This document shows positions 11,037 to 22,227 of a stretch of 64,000 nucleotides of DNA, one piece after another. The DNA is taken from positions 133,793-197,792 of the forward strand of contig CAWBNI010000015.1 of NCBI GenBank assembly GCA_963790105.1, in the 5' to 3' direction. A program made the translations under genes and the position numbers. This DNA comes from an uncultured Bacteroidales bacterium (GTDB lineage Bacteria; Bacteroidota; Bacteroidia; Bacteroidales; UBA10428). Below the pieces are notes generated by a model that saw only the letters and a list, made by a program, of their open reading frames with translations, searched no databases and was not told the DNA's origin. Every line of letters begins with the position of its first letter. Position 1 is the stretch's first letter.

Positions 11037-12233
11037 ATGTACGGAAAAATCAAAACCCACCTGGCAAACGAGTTGAAAGCCATTGAAGAGGCAGGTCTCT
11101 TTAAGAAAGAAAGGATAATTACCTCGCCGCAGGATGCATCCATCCGGTTAGCCGGAGGAGAAGAGGTACTGAATTTCTGTGCCAACAATTACCTGGGCCT
11201 TTCCTCCCATCCTGCACTTATCGATGCAGCAAGAAAAGCCCTGGATTCGCATGGATATGGAATGTCGTCGGTTCGTTTTATCTGCGGAACTACTGATCTT
11301 CATAAAAAACTCGAGGAAAAAATTGCCCAGTTTTTTGGTACTGAAGATACAATCCTTTATGCCGCCTGCTTCGATGCCAACGGGGGAGTTTTTGAACCCC
11401 TGCTGGGTGAAGAGGATGCCATTATTTCCGATTCCCTGAATCATGCTTCCATTATTGACGGGGTGCGCTTATGCAAGGCACAGCGTTACCGGTATGCCAA
11501 TGCCGATATGGCTGACCTGGAACAGCAACTGATCAGCGCCCGGGAAAACCGGTTCAGGCTGATTGTTACTGATGGTGTATTTTCAATGGACGGAAATGTA
11601 GCACCGGTTGATCAGATCTGTAAACTGGCAGAAAAATATGATGCCATGGTAATGGTGGATGAATGCCATTCAGCCGGCGTTGTGGGTGAAACTGGCCGCG
11701 GTGTAACCGAATTATATAATATCCGCGGACAGGTAGATATAATTACCGGAACCCTTGGAAAAGCATTTGGTGGAGCTATCGGCGGATTTACCACTGGCCG
11801 TAAGGAGATTATCGATCTGCTAAGGCAGCGTTCACGTCCCTATCTGTTTTCAAACTCCCTGCCACCAATGATCACCATGGCAGGCATCGCCATGTTTGAT
11901 ATGATGGAGGAAACGACTGAACTGCAGGACAGGCTGCATCAGAATACGGAATACTTTAAAAAGGAAATAATCAAGGCCGGCTTTACGATCAAACCTTCAA
12001 AATCGGCCATTATCGCCATCATGCTGTTTGATGCCAGGTTATCGCAGGATTTTGCGGCCCGTCTTCTGAAGGAAGGCATTTATGTCACCGGTTTTTATTA
12101 TCCTGTGGTTCCAAAGGGAGAAGCACGCATACGTGTTCAGCTATCTGCCGCCCATACACGCGAAAACCTCGATAAGGCGCTGAAAGCCTTTATTAAGGTC
12201 GGTAAGGAACTAAAGGTTACCAATCCGCAATAA
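11037..12233 (+). CDS. kbl: glycine C-acetyltransferase (2-amino-3-ketobutyrate CoA ligase)
   Basis: 398 aa. It belongs to the alpha-oxoamine synthase family, with the PLP-lysine context [10 protein letters not shown] and HASIIDG. Confidence 0.9.
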   Translation: MYGKIKTHLANELKAIEEAGLFKKERIITSPQDASIRLAGGEEVLNFCANNYLGLSSHPALIDAARKALDSHGYGMSSVRFICGTTDLHKKLEEKIAQFFGTEDTILYAACFDANGGVFEPLLGEEDAIISDSLNHASIIDGVRLCKAQRYRYANADMADLEQQLISARENRFRLIVTDGVFSMDGNVAPVDQICKLAEKYDAMVMVDECHSAGVVGETGRGVTELYNIRGQVDIITGTLGKAFGGAIGGFTTGRKEIIDLLRQRSRPYLFSNSLPPMITMAGIAMFDMMEETTELQDRLHQNTEYFKKEIIKAGFTIKPSKSAIIAIMLFDARLSQDFAARLLKEGIYVTGFYYPVVPKGEARIRVQLSAAHTRENLDKALKAFIKVGKELKVTNPQ

Positions 12234-12870
12234 CCGTCCTGTTTCCGGTAACCACGTCCCCGATCTTCACATTGATTTTTGTACCTACGGGGAAAAACAT
12301 ATCCACCCTCGACCCGAATTTGATAAAGCCAAGTTCATCGCCCTGGATAACCTGTTTTCCTTCGTAGGTATAGGAAACAATCCGCCTGGCCACAGCCCCG
12401 GCGATCTGCCGCACCAGGATCATTTTTCCATTGCTGCCCTTTATGACGATTGTGGATCGTTCATTTAATTCCGATGATTTTGGATGCCATGCAACAAGGT
12501 ATTTTCCGGGGTGATATTTGTAATAACTCACTAATCCGCTAATGGGGTAACGGTTTGCATGTACATTCAGGGGTGACATGAAGATGGATACCTGAATGCG
12601 CCTGTCTTTGAAATATTCCTTTTCCATGACTTCCTCAATAACAACCACCTTTCCGTCAGCTGCACTCAGCACCAGCGAATCATTCGGTATTACGGAACGG
12701 TCAGGATTCCGGAAAAACCAAACCACCATAAACAGAAAGGCTATGGATGCAATGATCAATATGGATTGCAGCCAGGTATTCCGAACGGCCCAGTAGATTA
12801 AAAGATTAAAACTACTGATGACAAGGAAAAAAATAAGGATAATAATGATCCCTTCTTTATGAATCCTCAT
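12217..12870 (-). CDS. psd: phosphatidylserine decarboxylase family protein
   Basis: 217 aa. N-terminal TM helices, then the short Bacteroidota-type Psd with FGSRVD near the C-terminus (autocleavage GS site). It lies upstream of cdsA-like lipid genes. Confidence 0.8.
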   Translation of the reverse strand: MRIHKEGIIIILIFFLVISSFNLLIYWAVRNTWLQSILIIASIAFLFMVVWFFRNPDRSVIPNDSLVLSAADGKVVVIEEVMEKEYFKDRRIQVSIFMSPLNVHANRYPISGLVSYYKYHPGKYLVAWHPKSSELNERSTIVIKGSNGKMILVRQIAGAVARRIVSYTYEGKQVIQGDELGFIKFGSRVDMFFPVGTKINVKIGDVVTGNRTVIADW

Positions 12871-12880
12871 GTCGTTTTTT

Positions 12881-13702
12881 TTAAAGGTTACTTAGACTAA
12901 GATACACAGCAGCCAGGGGCATTACAAACAGGATTGAATCAATTCTGTCGAGAAGGCCACCGTGTCCGGGTATAATCTTTCCGGAATCTTTTTGCCCTAC
13001 ACTTCTTTTAAAAAGAGACTCGGTAAGATCACCAAAGACACCAAATACAGAAACGATAAGGGCAAGGAATAACCAGTCAGTTCTGTCCAATACGCCCATG
13101 ATCAGGTGCAGCCAAAGGGCACAGATAAGGGTCAGGACTGCTCCACCGATAGCCCCTTCCCACGATTTTTTGGGTGAAATACGCTCAAATAACCGGTGAC
13201 GTCCGATTGACATTCCTACAAGGTAGGCCCCTGAATCATTTATCCACACAAGGGTCATTATTCCAAGGATAATGCGGTGGGTGTATGCATGTTCATTGCC
13301 AATCGGAAAAGCCAGAAAATTAATCACGCTTAGAGGAATGGAAACGTAAATAATGCCCAGGAAAGAAATGGCCGTATTTCTCATCCCATCCGGTTTATCA
13401 GAATAAAGAGCCAGGATGAAAATTAAAATAACAAAAGGAAGAATAAGAAACAGGAGCCTGGGATCAGCCAGGTGTGCCGAGACCAGAAATGCCAGTATAA
13501 AGGCTGCACCGCCTGTAATCATCGATGGGATAACAGGCGGGTAAGCTCCCGAAGCCGCAGACAAGGCATAAAATTCATAGAGTGCGATCAGGTTGATCAG
13601 CAGGAAAACTAAACCGAAGGCAAATTTACCCATGAAAAGTGACCCAATAATGATCACCAGGTATATAAAACCGAATGCGACGCGTTGAATGAAATTTTTC
13701 AA
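12881..13702 (-). CDS. cdsA: phosphatidate cytidylyltransferase
   Basis: 273 aa polytopic membrane protein with the CdsA signature SLFKRSVGQKDSGKIIPGHGGLLDRIDS. Confidence 0.9.
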   Translation of the reverse strand: MKNFIQRVAFGFIYLVIIIGSLFMGKFAFGLVFLLINLIALYEFYALSAASGAYPPVIPSMITGGAAFILAFLVSAHLADPRLLFLILPFVILIFILALYSDKPDGMRNTAISFLGIIYVSIPLSVINFLAFPIGNEHAYTHRIILGIMTLVWINDSGAYLVGMSIGRHRLFERISPKKSWEGAIGGAVLTLICALWLHLIMGVLDRTDWLFLALIVSVFGVFGDLTESLFKRSVGQKDSGKIIPGHGGLLDRIDSILFVMPLAAVYLSLSNL

Positions 13703-13728
13703 ACTTCGGGATCTTTTAGCAGATATGA

Positions 13729-15801
13729 TCAGGCAGATTGCTTGACTTCCAGACCTTCTTCACCGGATTTGCTTGGTTTCACACGTTTTGGACTTCTGCG
13801 CTCTTTTTTGGGTTTTTCGGGCATTTCAGGCATCTTGCCTTTCTTTTTCCCAAAAATTTTCTCAAGATCCTCTGTAAAGATCACCTCTTTTTCCAGCAAT
13901 TGTTCGGCAAGCTGCACAAGACCGACTTTATGTTCATTTAATAATGCGATTGCCCTCACGTACTGCGCATCAATAATGTCTTTCGCTTCCTTATCAATCA
14001 ACTCAGCGGTTTTATCACTGTAAGGTCTCTGAAAAGCATATTCATTCTGGCCTGTGGAATCATAAAAGCTAATATTTCCAATGGCATCGCTTAATCCAAA
14101 GTAAGTAACCATGGCATAAGCTTGTTTGGTTACCCGTTCAAGGTCATTCAATGCACCGGTGGATATTTTACCGAAGGTAATTTCTTCTGCAGCCCTTCCG
14201 CCCAGTGTAGCAGTCATTTCCTCGAGCAGCTGGTCCTTTGTTGTGATTTGTCTTTCTTCAGGAAGATACCATGCAGCACCCAATGATTTTCCGCGTGGAA
14301 TGATGGTTACCTTTACAAGCGGGGCTGCATGTTCAAGCATCCAGCTTACGGTAGCATGGCCGGCTTCATGGTATGCAATGGTCTTTTTTTCATCCTGGGT
14401 AATGATCTTGTTCTTCTTTTCAAGACCACCCACAATCCTGTCAATAGCATCAAGAAAATCCTGTTTCTGAACCGATTTTTTATTTTTTCTTGCAGCAATC
14501 AGGGCAGCTTCATTGCACACATTGGCAATATCTGCACCGGAGAATCCCGGAGTCTGACGTGCCAGAAAATCCACAACCAGGTCTTTTTCAGTTTTGATGG
14601 GCCTGAGATGTACCTGGAATATTTCCTTTCTTTCATTCAGGTCGGGCAATTCAACATAGATCTGCCTGTCAAATCTTCCGGCCCTGAGCAATGCCTTGTC
14701 GAGGATATCTGCCCGGTTTGTGGCAGCCAGGATAATGACACCTGCATTGGATGCAAATCCATCCATCTCGGTCAGTAGCTGGTTCAGTGTATTTTCACGT
14801 TCATCGTTGGCTCCGAAATTCGGATTTCTTCCCCGGGCACGGCCAATGGCATCAATTTCATCGATAAATACGATGCAGGGAGCTTTCTCCTTTGCCTGTT
14901 TAAACAGATCACGCACGCGTGATGCACCCACACCTACAAACATTTCTACGAAGTCGGATCCCGATAATGAAAAGAAGGGAACATGAGCTTCACCGGCCAC
15001 TGCTTTGGCAAGGAGTGTTTTTCCGGTACCCGGAGGACCTACAAGCAAAGCACCCTTGGGAATCTTACCTCCCAGGTCAGTATATTTTTTCGGCTTTTTC
15101 AGGAAGTCAACAATTTCCTTGATTTCCATCTTGGCCTCTTCCAGACCGGCCACATCTTTAAAATCGAGCCTGATGTTTTCATCCTTATCAAATATTCTCG
15201 CCTTGGATTTACCCACATTGAATATGTTGGTTCCTCCTCCTCCACCGGCTCCTCCGCTCATACGCCTGAAAATGATCATATAGATCACAACCAGAATGAT
15301 TATGGGCAGCAATACATACAAGGTGTCTCCAAAAGTCCGCTTGCGGATGTATTCCGGATAGATCCTGGCCTCATCCGGTAAACCGGCCTGGGCGTCATCA
15401 AGCATTTTTTTGAAAATATCATTTGAACCAACAGGCATAGTATACTGCGGGCCTGTCTTTGAGATCGCCGTAAATCCCTTGCTGGCATTTTTCTGATGCT
15501 TCGGCTCATTTAAATATTGTTCTTTTATAAATATTTCAGCATTTTGTTCATTTACGATCTGTATCTTTTCAACTTCTCCTTTTAACAGCAGCTCGTTGCG
15601 GAAGAACTTCCAGTCAATAACTGTAGGACCCTGTCCCGAATCAAAAAAATAAATCAATATAATGGCTACACCAATCAGGGCATAAATCCAAATTGCATTG
15701 AAACGGGGTTTCTTTCCTCCCAGTAAATTATTGGGCGGTTTAGTCCCGTTGGTATTTTTTTCTTCTTCCTTTTTTCCTTTTACCTCTTTATTTTCTTCCA
15801 T
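13729..15801 (-). CDS. ftsH: ATP-dependent zinc metalloprotease FtsH
   Basis: 690 aa. Walker A GPPGTGKT, the AAA second region of homology, and the zinc site HEAGHA. Confidence 0.95.
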   Translation of the reverse strand: MEENKEVKGKKEEEKNTNGTKPPNNLLGGKKPRFNAIWIYALIGVAIILIYFFDSGQGPTVIDWKFFRNELLLKGEVEKIQIVNEQNAEIFIKEQYLNEPKHQKNASKGFTAISKTGPQYTMPVGSNDIFKKMLDDAQAGLPDEARIYPEYIRKRTFGDTLYVLLPIIILVVIYMIIFRRMSGGAGGGGGTNIFNVGKSKARIFDKDENIRLDFKDVAGLEEAKMEIKEIVDFLKKPKKYTDLGGKIPKGALLVGPPGTGKTLLAKAVAGEAHVPFFSLSGSDFVEMFVGVGASRVRDLFKQAKEKAPCIVFIDEIDAIGRARGRNPNFGANDERENTLNQLLTEMDGFASNAGVIILAATNRADILDKALLRAGRFDRQIYVELPDLNERKEIFQVHLRPIKTEKDLVVDFLARQTPGFSGADIANVCNEAALIAARKNKKSVQKQDFLDAIDRIVGGLEKKNKIITQDEKKTIAYHEAGHATVSWMLEHAAPLVKVTIIPRGKSLGAAWYLPEERQITTKDQLLEEMTATLGGRAAEEITFGKISTGALNDLERVTKQAYAMVTYFGLSDAIGNISFYDSTGQNEYAFQRPYSDKTAELIDKEAKDIIDAQYVRAIALLNEHKVGLVQLAEQLLEKEVIFTEDLEKIFGKKKGKMPEMPEKPKKERRSPKRVKPSKSGEEGLEVKQSA

Positions 15802-15813
15802 GCTATAAGCAAA

Positions 15814-16200
15814 TTAATCTTCTTTAATGAATGTAATTTCAGCATCTCCCCACAAATCTTCCAATTTATAATATTCCCGGGTTTCAGGCTGGAAAATATG
15901 AACTACAATATCCCCATAATCAAGCAAAACCCAGGTTGCATTTTGAAGACCTTCCCGGTGATTAATGACAACCTGAAGTGTATTATCAACTTTTTCTTCA
16001 ACCGAATCAGACAGCGCCTTGACCTGTGTTCCTGAATCACCGTGACAGATTATAAAATTATCACAAGGTGCATATCCCAGCTTTCTAAGATCTATATTGA
16101 CAATTTTCTTCGCTTTTTTTTCCTGTAATCCTTCTATTATATATTGTAAGAGTTGTTCGTGATTTCCCAAACCGGATAGTTTTAATATTTTACAATGCAA
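15814..16200 (-). CDS. rsfS: ribosome silencing factor RsfS
   Basis: 128 aa. RsfS/iojap-like sequence (DYGDIVVHIF, EDLW) immediately upstream of ftsH. Confidence 0.8.
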   Translation of the reverse strand: MHCKILKLSGLGNHEQLLQYIIEGLQEKKAKKIVNIDLRKLGYAPCDNFIICHGDSGTQVKALSDSVEEKVDNTLQVVINHREGLQNATWVLLDYGDIVVHIFQPETREYYKLEDLWGDAEITFIKED

Positions 16201-16351
16201 AAATAGTGAATTTATCCATTTGCACTGAGGTTTAAATGGCTCAACTATTTTTCAAACAACACCAATCCTATCACAATTTTCGTTATTTTACCTGATCAAT
16301 AACAATACCAAATCTACCGTTTCTTCCTATTCAATTATAAATATTCCTTTA

Positions 16352-17106
16352 ATGAGAACAGTAACATTGGGCTTTCCCCTTATACACCTGACCTCTGTGG
16401 ATTCTACCAACAAATATGCTGCCGGGATATTGCGCCAGGAGAACGCCACTGAAGGTACTGTAATTTTGGCAGATGTTCAGACCCGCGGTAAGGGACAGGG
16501 AGACAATATCTGGCTGAGTGATAATGGATTGAACCTGTTATGCAGCATTATTTTAAAACCGGACTTTCTGCCTGCCTTTAAGCAGTTTTATTTGTCGATG
16601 TGCATTGCAACCGGAATAAATGATTGTCATAACTGATCTTGGAATCCGGTCACAGGTTAAATGGCCCAATGATATTCTGATTAAAGGGAAAAAGGTTGCA
16701 GGTATTCTGATCGAAAACACAATCTTATCCCAAAATCTCCATACCTCTATCGTTGGAATCGGGTTAAATGTGAACCAGGTATCATTTCCTCCCGAAATTC
16801 CCAATCCCTGCTTCCCTGGCAGGAGAAACCGGAAAATCCTATGATGTGGGTCAATTGCTTGAAAGACTGCTTCTCTTTCTCGAAAAGAGACTCAACCAGT
16901 TATATGCTGAGGATTTTGTTGCGATCAAATCGCAATACCTGAACAGTCTCTGGCTTTTGAATACCCGTGCCCGATTTACCGATCAGAAAGGTGTTTTTGA
17001 AGGCCGTATCGTTGATGTGGCTGAAAGCGGAGAACTGTTGATCCTCACTTCCGGCGGGGAAACGAGGATGTACGGATTCAAGGAGGTGGAGTTCAATGAA
17101 CAATGA
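16352..17106 (+). pseudogene. birA: biotin--[acetyl-CoA-carboxylase] ligase, split into three frames
   Basis: Fragments are 16352..16636, 16620..16844 and 16846..17106. Biotin-protein-ligase loop TRGKGQGDNIW, KWPNDILIKGKKVAGILIE, and a C-terminal SH3-like domain. Confidence 0.8.
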
Positions 17107-17282
17107 ACAATGAAGATGCTGAATGAACAATGCTAAACGTGAAAAACTAATAGCTAAATGCTAAAAGTGAAGCTGCAATGCAGTAATCTGAGTCTCAGTC
17201 TGCAGATTGCGGAATGCAAGTCTGCAGTAATCTGCAGTAATCCAGTATCAAGCCTATCTAGTACAGCCTACAGTATCCAGTA
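17094..17282 (+). repeat. mosaic of short tandem repeats (CAATGAA x3; TCTGCAGTAA x2; CAGTATC-type units)
   Basis: CAATGAA at 17094-17114 spans the birA stop codon. TCTGCAGTAA is at 17221-17240. AGTATCC/AGTATCA units run to 17282. The mosaic fills the whole convergent intergenic space. Confidence 0.85.
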
Positions 17283-17703
17283 TCATCCTTCCTTAGCAGA
17301 AAAGTCCACCTCGGAGAGCTTATCCACCATCAAATCCACAAACTGCTGAAGCGGGATTGCGGGCCATCATTTCAAGAAACATATTCAGATTGGCCTTTAG
17401 TTTGAGTTTTACTTCGGATAAATCCTTTCCCGATTCATTTATATTGATAATGAACGTAAAATCAGCAGAACTGTCTTCCGAAGCACCTACAGTCAGCATT
17501 GACCAGGGCTGTTTTTCCTGAATTTCAAGTCCAACAGTGCCGAGACCCTGGATATCAAAGATTATTTTCTCCTGTGTAATCTGCAAATTGTTCAGCCGGT
17601 CCTGGGGCAACAAACCGGAGAAATTCCTGAAATCAGAGATATAATTGAACACTGTTTCCTGGCTGCCTTTTGCTATTCCTGTTTTGCTTTCAATGGCAAG
17701 CAT
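17283..17703 (-). pseudogene. small SRPBCC/START-like hypothetical protein, C-terminal frameshift
   Basis: The ORF 17320..17703 ends abnormally. Removing one G from GGG at 17353-17355 gives ...MMARNPLQQFVDLMVDKLSEVDFSAKEG with a stop at 17283-17285. The family call rests only on general resemblance. Confidence 0.4.
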
Positions 17704-17713
17704 ATTACGAATA

Positions 17714-18379
17714 TTAAATTTTTAAAAGAAAATTTACTGCAACAGGCCCTGCACTCCATGTTGCCGGAGACTGTCGCCATTGCTGAAGCGTAGGCAACAT
17801 ATCGGATTGGATATACCCGCTTTCAATGGCCAGTTCAATTAATGCATTATAATTACTTAATGTATACAGGCTGCATCCTGAAGCAAGAAAACTTTCCACT
17901 GCTTTTGGAAATCCATATGTAAAAATAGCTGCCATTCCCAGCACATCACAACCTGCATTCCTCAAAGCTTCCACGGCTTTCAGACTGCTGCCTCCTGTTG
18001 AAATAAGGTCTTCAATTACCACCACCTTTTGCCCCTTTTTGGGATCTCCTTCGATCAGGTTTTCGAGTCCATGTCCCTTGGGCTCGCTCCTGACATACAT
18101 AAATGGCAGTCCCATCATATCCGCCACCAGTGATCCATGTGCAATCGCTCCGGTTGCAACACCGGCAATAGCTTCTGTTGATAAAAATTTTTCTTTTATT
18201 AATTCTACAAAGCTATATTTGATTGCGTTTCTGATGTCGGGATATGCCAGTGTTTTTCTGTTATCACAGTAAATTGGGGATTTCCATCCTGACGCCCATT
18301 GGAAAGGGTTGTCAGGATTGAGTTTTATTGCATTACACTGCAAAAGAAGGCCGGCTATTGTTTTCTCGAATTTTTTCAT
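17714..18379 (-). CDS. pyrE: orotate phosphoribosyltransferase
   Basis: PRPP-binding motif KVVVIEDLISTGGSS. I chose the start at the internal Met (MKKFEKTIAGLL), which gives about 221 aa. Confidence 0.9.
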   Translation of the reverse strand: MKKFEKTIAGLLLQCNAIKLNPDNPFQWASGWKSPIYCDNRKTLAYPDIRNAIKYSFVELIKEKFLSTEAIAGVATGAIAHGSLVADMMGLPFMYVRSEPKGHGLENLIEGDPKKGQKVVVIEDLISTGGSSLKAVEALRNAGCDVLGMAAIFTYGFPKAVESFLASGCSLYTLSNYNALIELAIESGYIQSDMLPTLQQWRQSPATWSAGPVAVNFLLKI

Positions 18380-18386
18380 ACTGTAA

Positions 18387-19003
18387 ATGTACAAAGTTTT
18401 TTTCAACGACAGGGTTGTGCTTTTAACCGATGACTTCATCAGAAATTTTCAGGTTAAGTATGGCTTGTTTTATAAATACAGGAATACGGAAGATCTGAAG
18501 GAACTGATTGATTTCTACCGCAATCTGAAAAGAATTGATACGTTGTTTATTTTCCATCATGATCTGGATGAATTGCAGGAAAGATTCAAATCGTGTTTTT
18601 ATATGGTGGAGGCCGCGGGCGGATTGGTATGCAATGAGGAAGGCCGGTACCTGATTATGAAGAGGCGTGATAAATGGGACCTCCCGAAAGGGCAAGGTCA
18701 ATTTCGGTGAATCAATTCCGCGATGCTGCACTCAGGGAGGTTTCCGAAGAATGCGGCCTCAGCAGTCTCGAGATCATCGGTCCGCTGATGTCAACCTATC
18801 ATTGTTACTGGATTGATGGCCAGTCGATTTTAAAAAGAACCAGCTGGTTTGATATGAAGGCAACCGGAAATGAGCCGCTGGTGCCGCAAACCGATGAGGA
18901 TATCACCGAGGTGAAGTGGGTAAGAAAGGAAGATCTGCGGGAAATAACCCGCAATACCTATATGGGAATACTGGATATCCTGAAATACAAAAACCTGCTA
19001 TAG
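18387..19003 (+). pseudogene. NUDIX hydrolase, one frameshift near 18690
   Basis: Fragments 18387..18710 and 18674..19003. The Nudix box is split across the junction (WDLPKG... / ...AALREVSEECGL). Confidence 0.75.
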
Positions 19004-20414
19004 GTCACCCCTGGCTTTCATTATCTCAAACAACTTTGATTCAAAATCCTCGGAAGGCGATGGTGCCGGTGAAAGAATCAGCTTTCCGTCGGGCCCGATC
19101 AGAAAATAAGTCGGAAAAGCCCTGATATCATATTCCTTTAATACATCCGGCTGCCGGTCATACAGCAGGAATTTCCAGTTGTATTTATTTTTTGCCAGGA
19201 ACTGCCTGAGCACTTCATCCATGGGATCCGTGGCAATTGTAAGTATGGTAAGCTTACCGGCATATTTGGTATTCAGAACCGCCAGTGAATTGAATTCGTT
19301 GAGACAGGCATAGCTCTGGCAGGTACAGAAATTAAGATATACATACTTTCCTTTAAAATCATCCAGGCTGGCAAGTTTGCCATCTGTATCCATCAGTTCA
19401 AATGCCGGCGGTGCATAGCCGGCCAGCAAACGTGTGATTTTTTGTTTGATGGATGCACCTATCTGCCGGTGTGCAGGAATCTTTGTTTTCATCATGAGCG
19501 TATCCAGTATGCTCAGCAATCCCTTCCGTGAAAACTGGTTACCATAAAACTCATCATGCACCTGCTTAAGAATGATCAGCTCCTTCAAGTGTGTCATTGC
19601 TGAAATTTGTATTTTTCGACAGGGTTGCCAGAAGCGCAGAATAGCTGCCAAGCTGGTTTATATCGGTGTAAATCTGCTTGCCCTGTTCCGATCTGCCATA
19701 AAACACAAAATATTTGCTGTATACCTGGTTAAACAGGTCGGCATAAGCCGGATTGTTATACAGCACCGGCTGATTGTTGAAATATTCATCCGACAGGCTT
19801 TGTACCTTTTGCTGATTTGCAAACAGTTTTAACATGCCATACCTGTAACGCCGGAATTCAGTAAAAAACTCACCGGGATATTTTTGAAAAGGAGCCTCCA
19901 TATTCCGAATATCCGTTTCCAGCTTTTGGATATCGATTTTTGAATAGATATGGCTTACATGTTTTTCATAATAAGGCACATAGGCATCCTCAAACATCAT
20001 GATGCGCATGTTCAGCTCATCCTGGTTAAAATTGATGAGGCCAAGATGGATTTCTTCAGGCTTAAAATAAGGATTTAACTGATCCTCAGGCTTTTTATCC
20101 TCCTTTTCAGGCAGCACCAGTTCATATGTTTTACCCGGTTCGGCATAAAAATAACCCAGGTATACACCAAGATGCACAAGGATTTGCTGTGTGGCGGAAA
20201 GATCAATACTCAGCCTGAAATCGCCGCTGTCAGAAACCACACAGGAACCAACCAGTTCCTCACCGCCGGTAATCCAATCTGCAATACGCGTAAATTCCAG
20301 CTTTGTAGAGGCATATGATTTGGCATGCCCTGTGATCAACACCGGCTGTGCGGAAATATTGATTGCAAAAAAGCCCAGTATTAAGGCAGCCCATATCCTG
20401 CCAGTCCTACTCAT
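18998..20414 (-). pseudogene. TlpA/AhpC-like thioredoxin-fold protein with an N-terminal accessory domain, one frameshift near 19570-19650
   Basis: Fragments are 19566..20414 (signal peptide plus N-domain) and 18998..19651 (redoxin fold: FKGKYVYLNF..., AFPTYFLIGPDGKL). A classical WCxxC is not obvious (FCTCQSYAC). Confidence 0.55.
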
Positions 20415-20887
20415 TCACATTATAATTTTTCGGTAGAAATTTACTGGCATCGCCACCCTGGCGGATAATTTCGCGGATAATGGAGGAATTAATGAATGTA
20501 TGGTGAGGCAGTGTGAGCAAAAATACGGTTTCAATATCCGGATACATGGCCTTATTGGTTTGTGCAATGGCCCTTTCGTATTCAAAATCTGCCGCTGTGC
20601 GGAGGCCTCTTAAAATATACCGGGCTTTTTCGGCTTTACAGAAATCAATCGTAAGTCCTGTAAAAGTTCTCACTTCTACCCTTCCCTCCGTGTCCTCTGA
20701 ATACTCGCTGTATCCACTGTACCCTCTTTTCAATGGGAAAGTAGCTTGATTTGGTTGTATTGATCCCGATCCCCACCACTACCTTGTCGAACATAGAAAG
20801 AGCACGACGTACAATGGATTCATGTCCTATTGTAAAAGGGTCGAAAGAGCCGGGAAAAATAGCGATGTTTATTTTATCCGCAGACAT
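20407..20887 (-). pseudogene. coaD: pantetheine-phosphate adenylyltransferase, one frameshift near 20690
   Basis: Fragments are 20645..20887 ([14 protein letters not shown] nucleotidyltransferase motif) and 20407..20733 (RGLRTAADFEYE, SSIIREI). Combined length is about 159 aa. Confidence 0.85.
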
Positions 20888-20927
20888 AGACCTGATATTA
20901 GTGAAGACTAAGAATATCCGGGTAAAC

Positions 20928-21579
20928 TTAGGGATTAATCAGGAAATTTAAAACCCCCGGCAGGTTTTTCTGCACCTGGGCTCCCGTGGCCATAAGGCGT
21001 GCGGCATCATGATGACCCTGGGAAATGAGGATGCATGTGCATCCGAGGATCGCCGACACATCATAATCATGCTGAGTGTCACCCAGCATGATGATCTCAT
21101 CTGCTACCAGGCCTGAAGAATCGAGATAATCCCGGGCAATGGCCGCTTTTCCATGAGCATAGTGGTCTTCAGCACCGAGGATAGCATCAAAATAGGGTGT
21201 AATACCACGATCAGACACATCCTGTATAAGGGTGCTTCGTTCCATGGCAGAAAGGATAATTTGTTTCAAACCCTGCTTCCTGGAAGGCATTTAGCAGGTC
21301 AACTGCACCGTTGTATAAGGAGGCTGCCGGCTGCAATTCGCGATAATGGTCAATAAATTCAATTGAAAGGGATTCAAACGGTTCCTGATCGAAATCAAAG
21401 CCGAGGTCAATATAATAATCTTTTACAGGAAACCGGAATAGTTCCTGATACCGGGTTTCTGACACCAGCGGCATTCCCCGGCGTGTAAGCATACGATTCA
21501 TTGAAGCAATACACACTGCCCTGTCGTCGAGCAGTGTGCCATTCCAATCCCAGATAATGAGTGTCTTTCCTTTTATCAT
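20928..21579 (-). pseudogene. HAD-superfamily hydrolase (phosphoglycolate phosphatase-like), one frameshift near 21250
   Basis: Fragments are 21211..21579 (motif I IIWDWNGTLLDD) and 20928..21290 (motif IV GDTQHD). Confidence 0.7.
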
Positions 21580-21605
21580 CCGCTTACAGATGGGTATTAT
21601 ATTAG

Positions 21606-22142
21606 TTATTCATCCGCAATCACCTGGATGGATCCGAAAACGACCGGCGCATCGATATACAGGTGATTCAGGTTCACAGCAAAAGAATCAGTAGCATACT
21701 GAATACTTCCAAAGGCTACGGAATTACCATCCGGCATGGCGGCAGAAGCAAAAACTGCATCGGATTTGATCTTAACCGAAGTAGATTTTTTGATTCTGAT
21801 CAATGTTTGGCCGAAGATTGTATTGATCTTGATTTTCATGGGCTGATTATCAGGAAAGTTCAAATCCCTGAAATCATAAACCGATTTGCCAAAGATCACA
21901 TTGTATTCGGTATTATCGCGCGGCTGATCACGTACCGCTCTTTCCTCGAAGAGGATATCATTTTCACCCTTTTGCCGGTGCATCATCCAGGGCTTTCCCA
22001 CCAGGAGTCTTACGCCGACAAATATGAGAAACAATGCAAAAAGAACTCCGAACAGGTTTACATCAAAAACCACTCGGAATATCGCTGCCAGACCGATCAG
22101 AACTAGCAGTACCCCCCAAAATAATCCTGGTGCCATTTTCAT
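21606..22142 (-). CDS. hypothetical membrane protein
   Basis: 178 aa. Two N-terminal TM helices, then a beta-rich domain. No diagnostic motif recognised. Confidence 0.5.
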   Translation of the reverse strand: MKMAPGLFWGVLLVLIGLAAIFRVVFDVNLFGVLFALFLIFVGVRLLVGKPWMMHRQKGENDILFEERAVRDQPRDNTEYNVIFGKSVYDFRDLNFPDNQPMKIKINTIFGQTLIRIKKSTSVKIKSDAVFASAAMPDGNSVAFGSIQYATDSFAVNLNHLYIDAPVVFGSIQVIADE

Positions 22143-22227
22143 AAAGTTTTTAATTTATGGATCAAATTAAGGGATTTCATCCTGTTTAGACAATTACTAA
22201 TCGGTGAGTTGCGGTTATATGACGGTA

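Noticed and set aside
13685-15381. Cluster of plus-strand ORFs (60-150 aa) antisense to ftsH
   Set aside because: These are shadow ORFs opposite a strongly supported 690-aa FtsH. Their translations have no recognisable motifs and overlap each other in several frames.
17158-17349. 63-aa ORF across repeat locus B
   Set aside because: It lies entirely within the short-repeat mosaic and overlaps the repaired 3' end of the minus-strand gene. Its composition is low-complexity.
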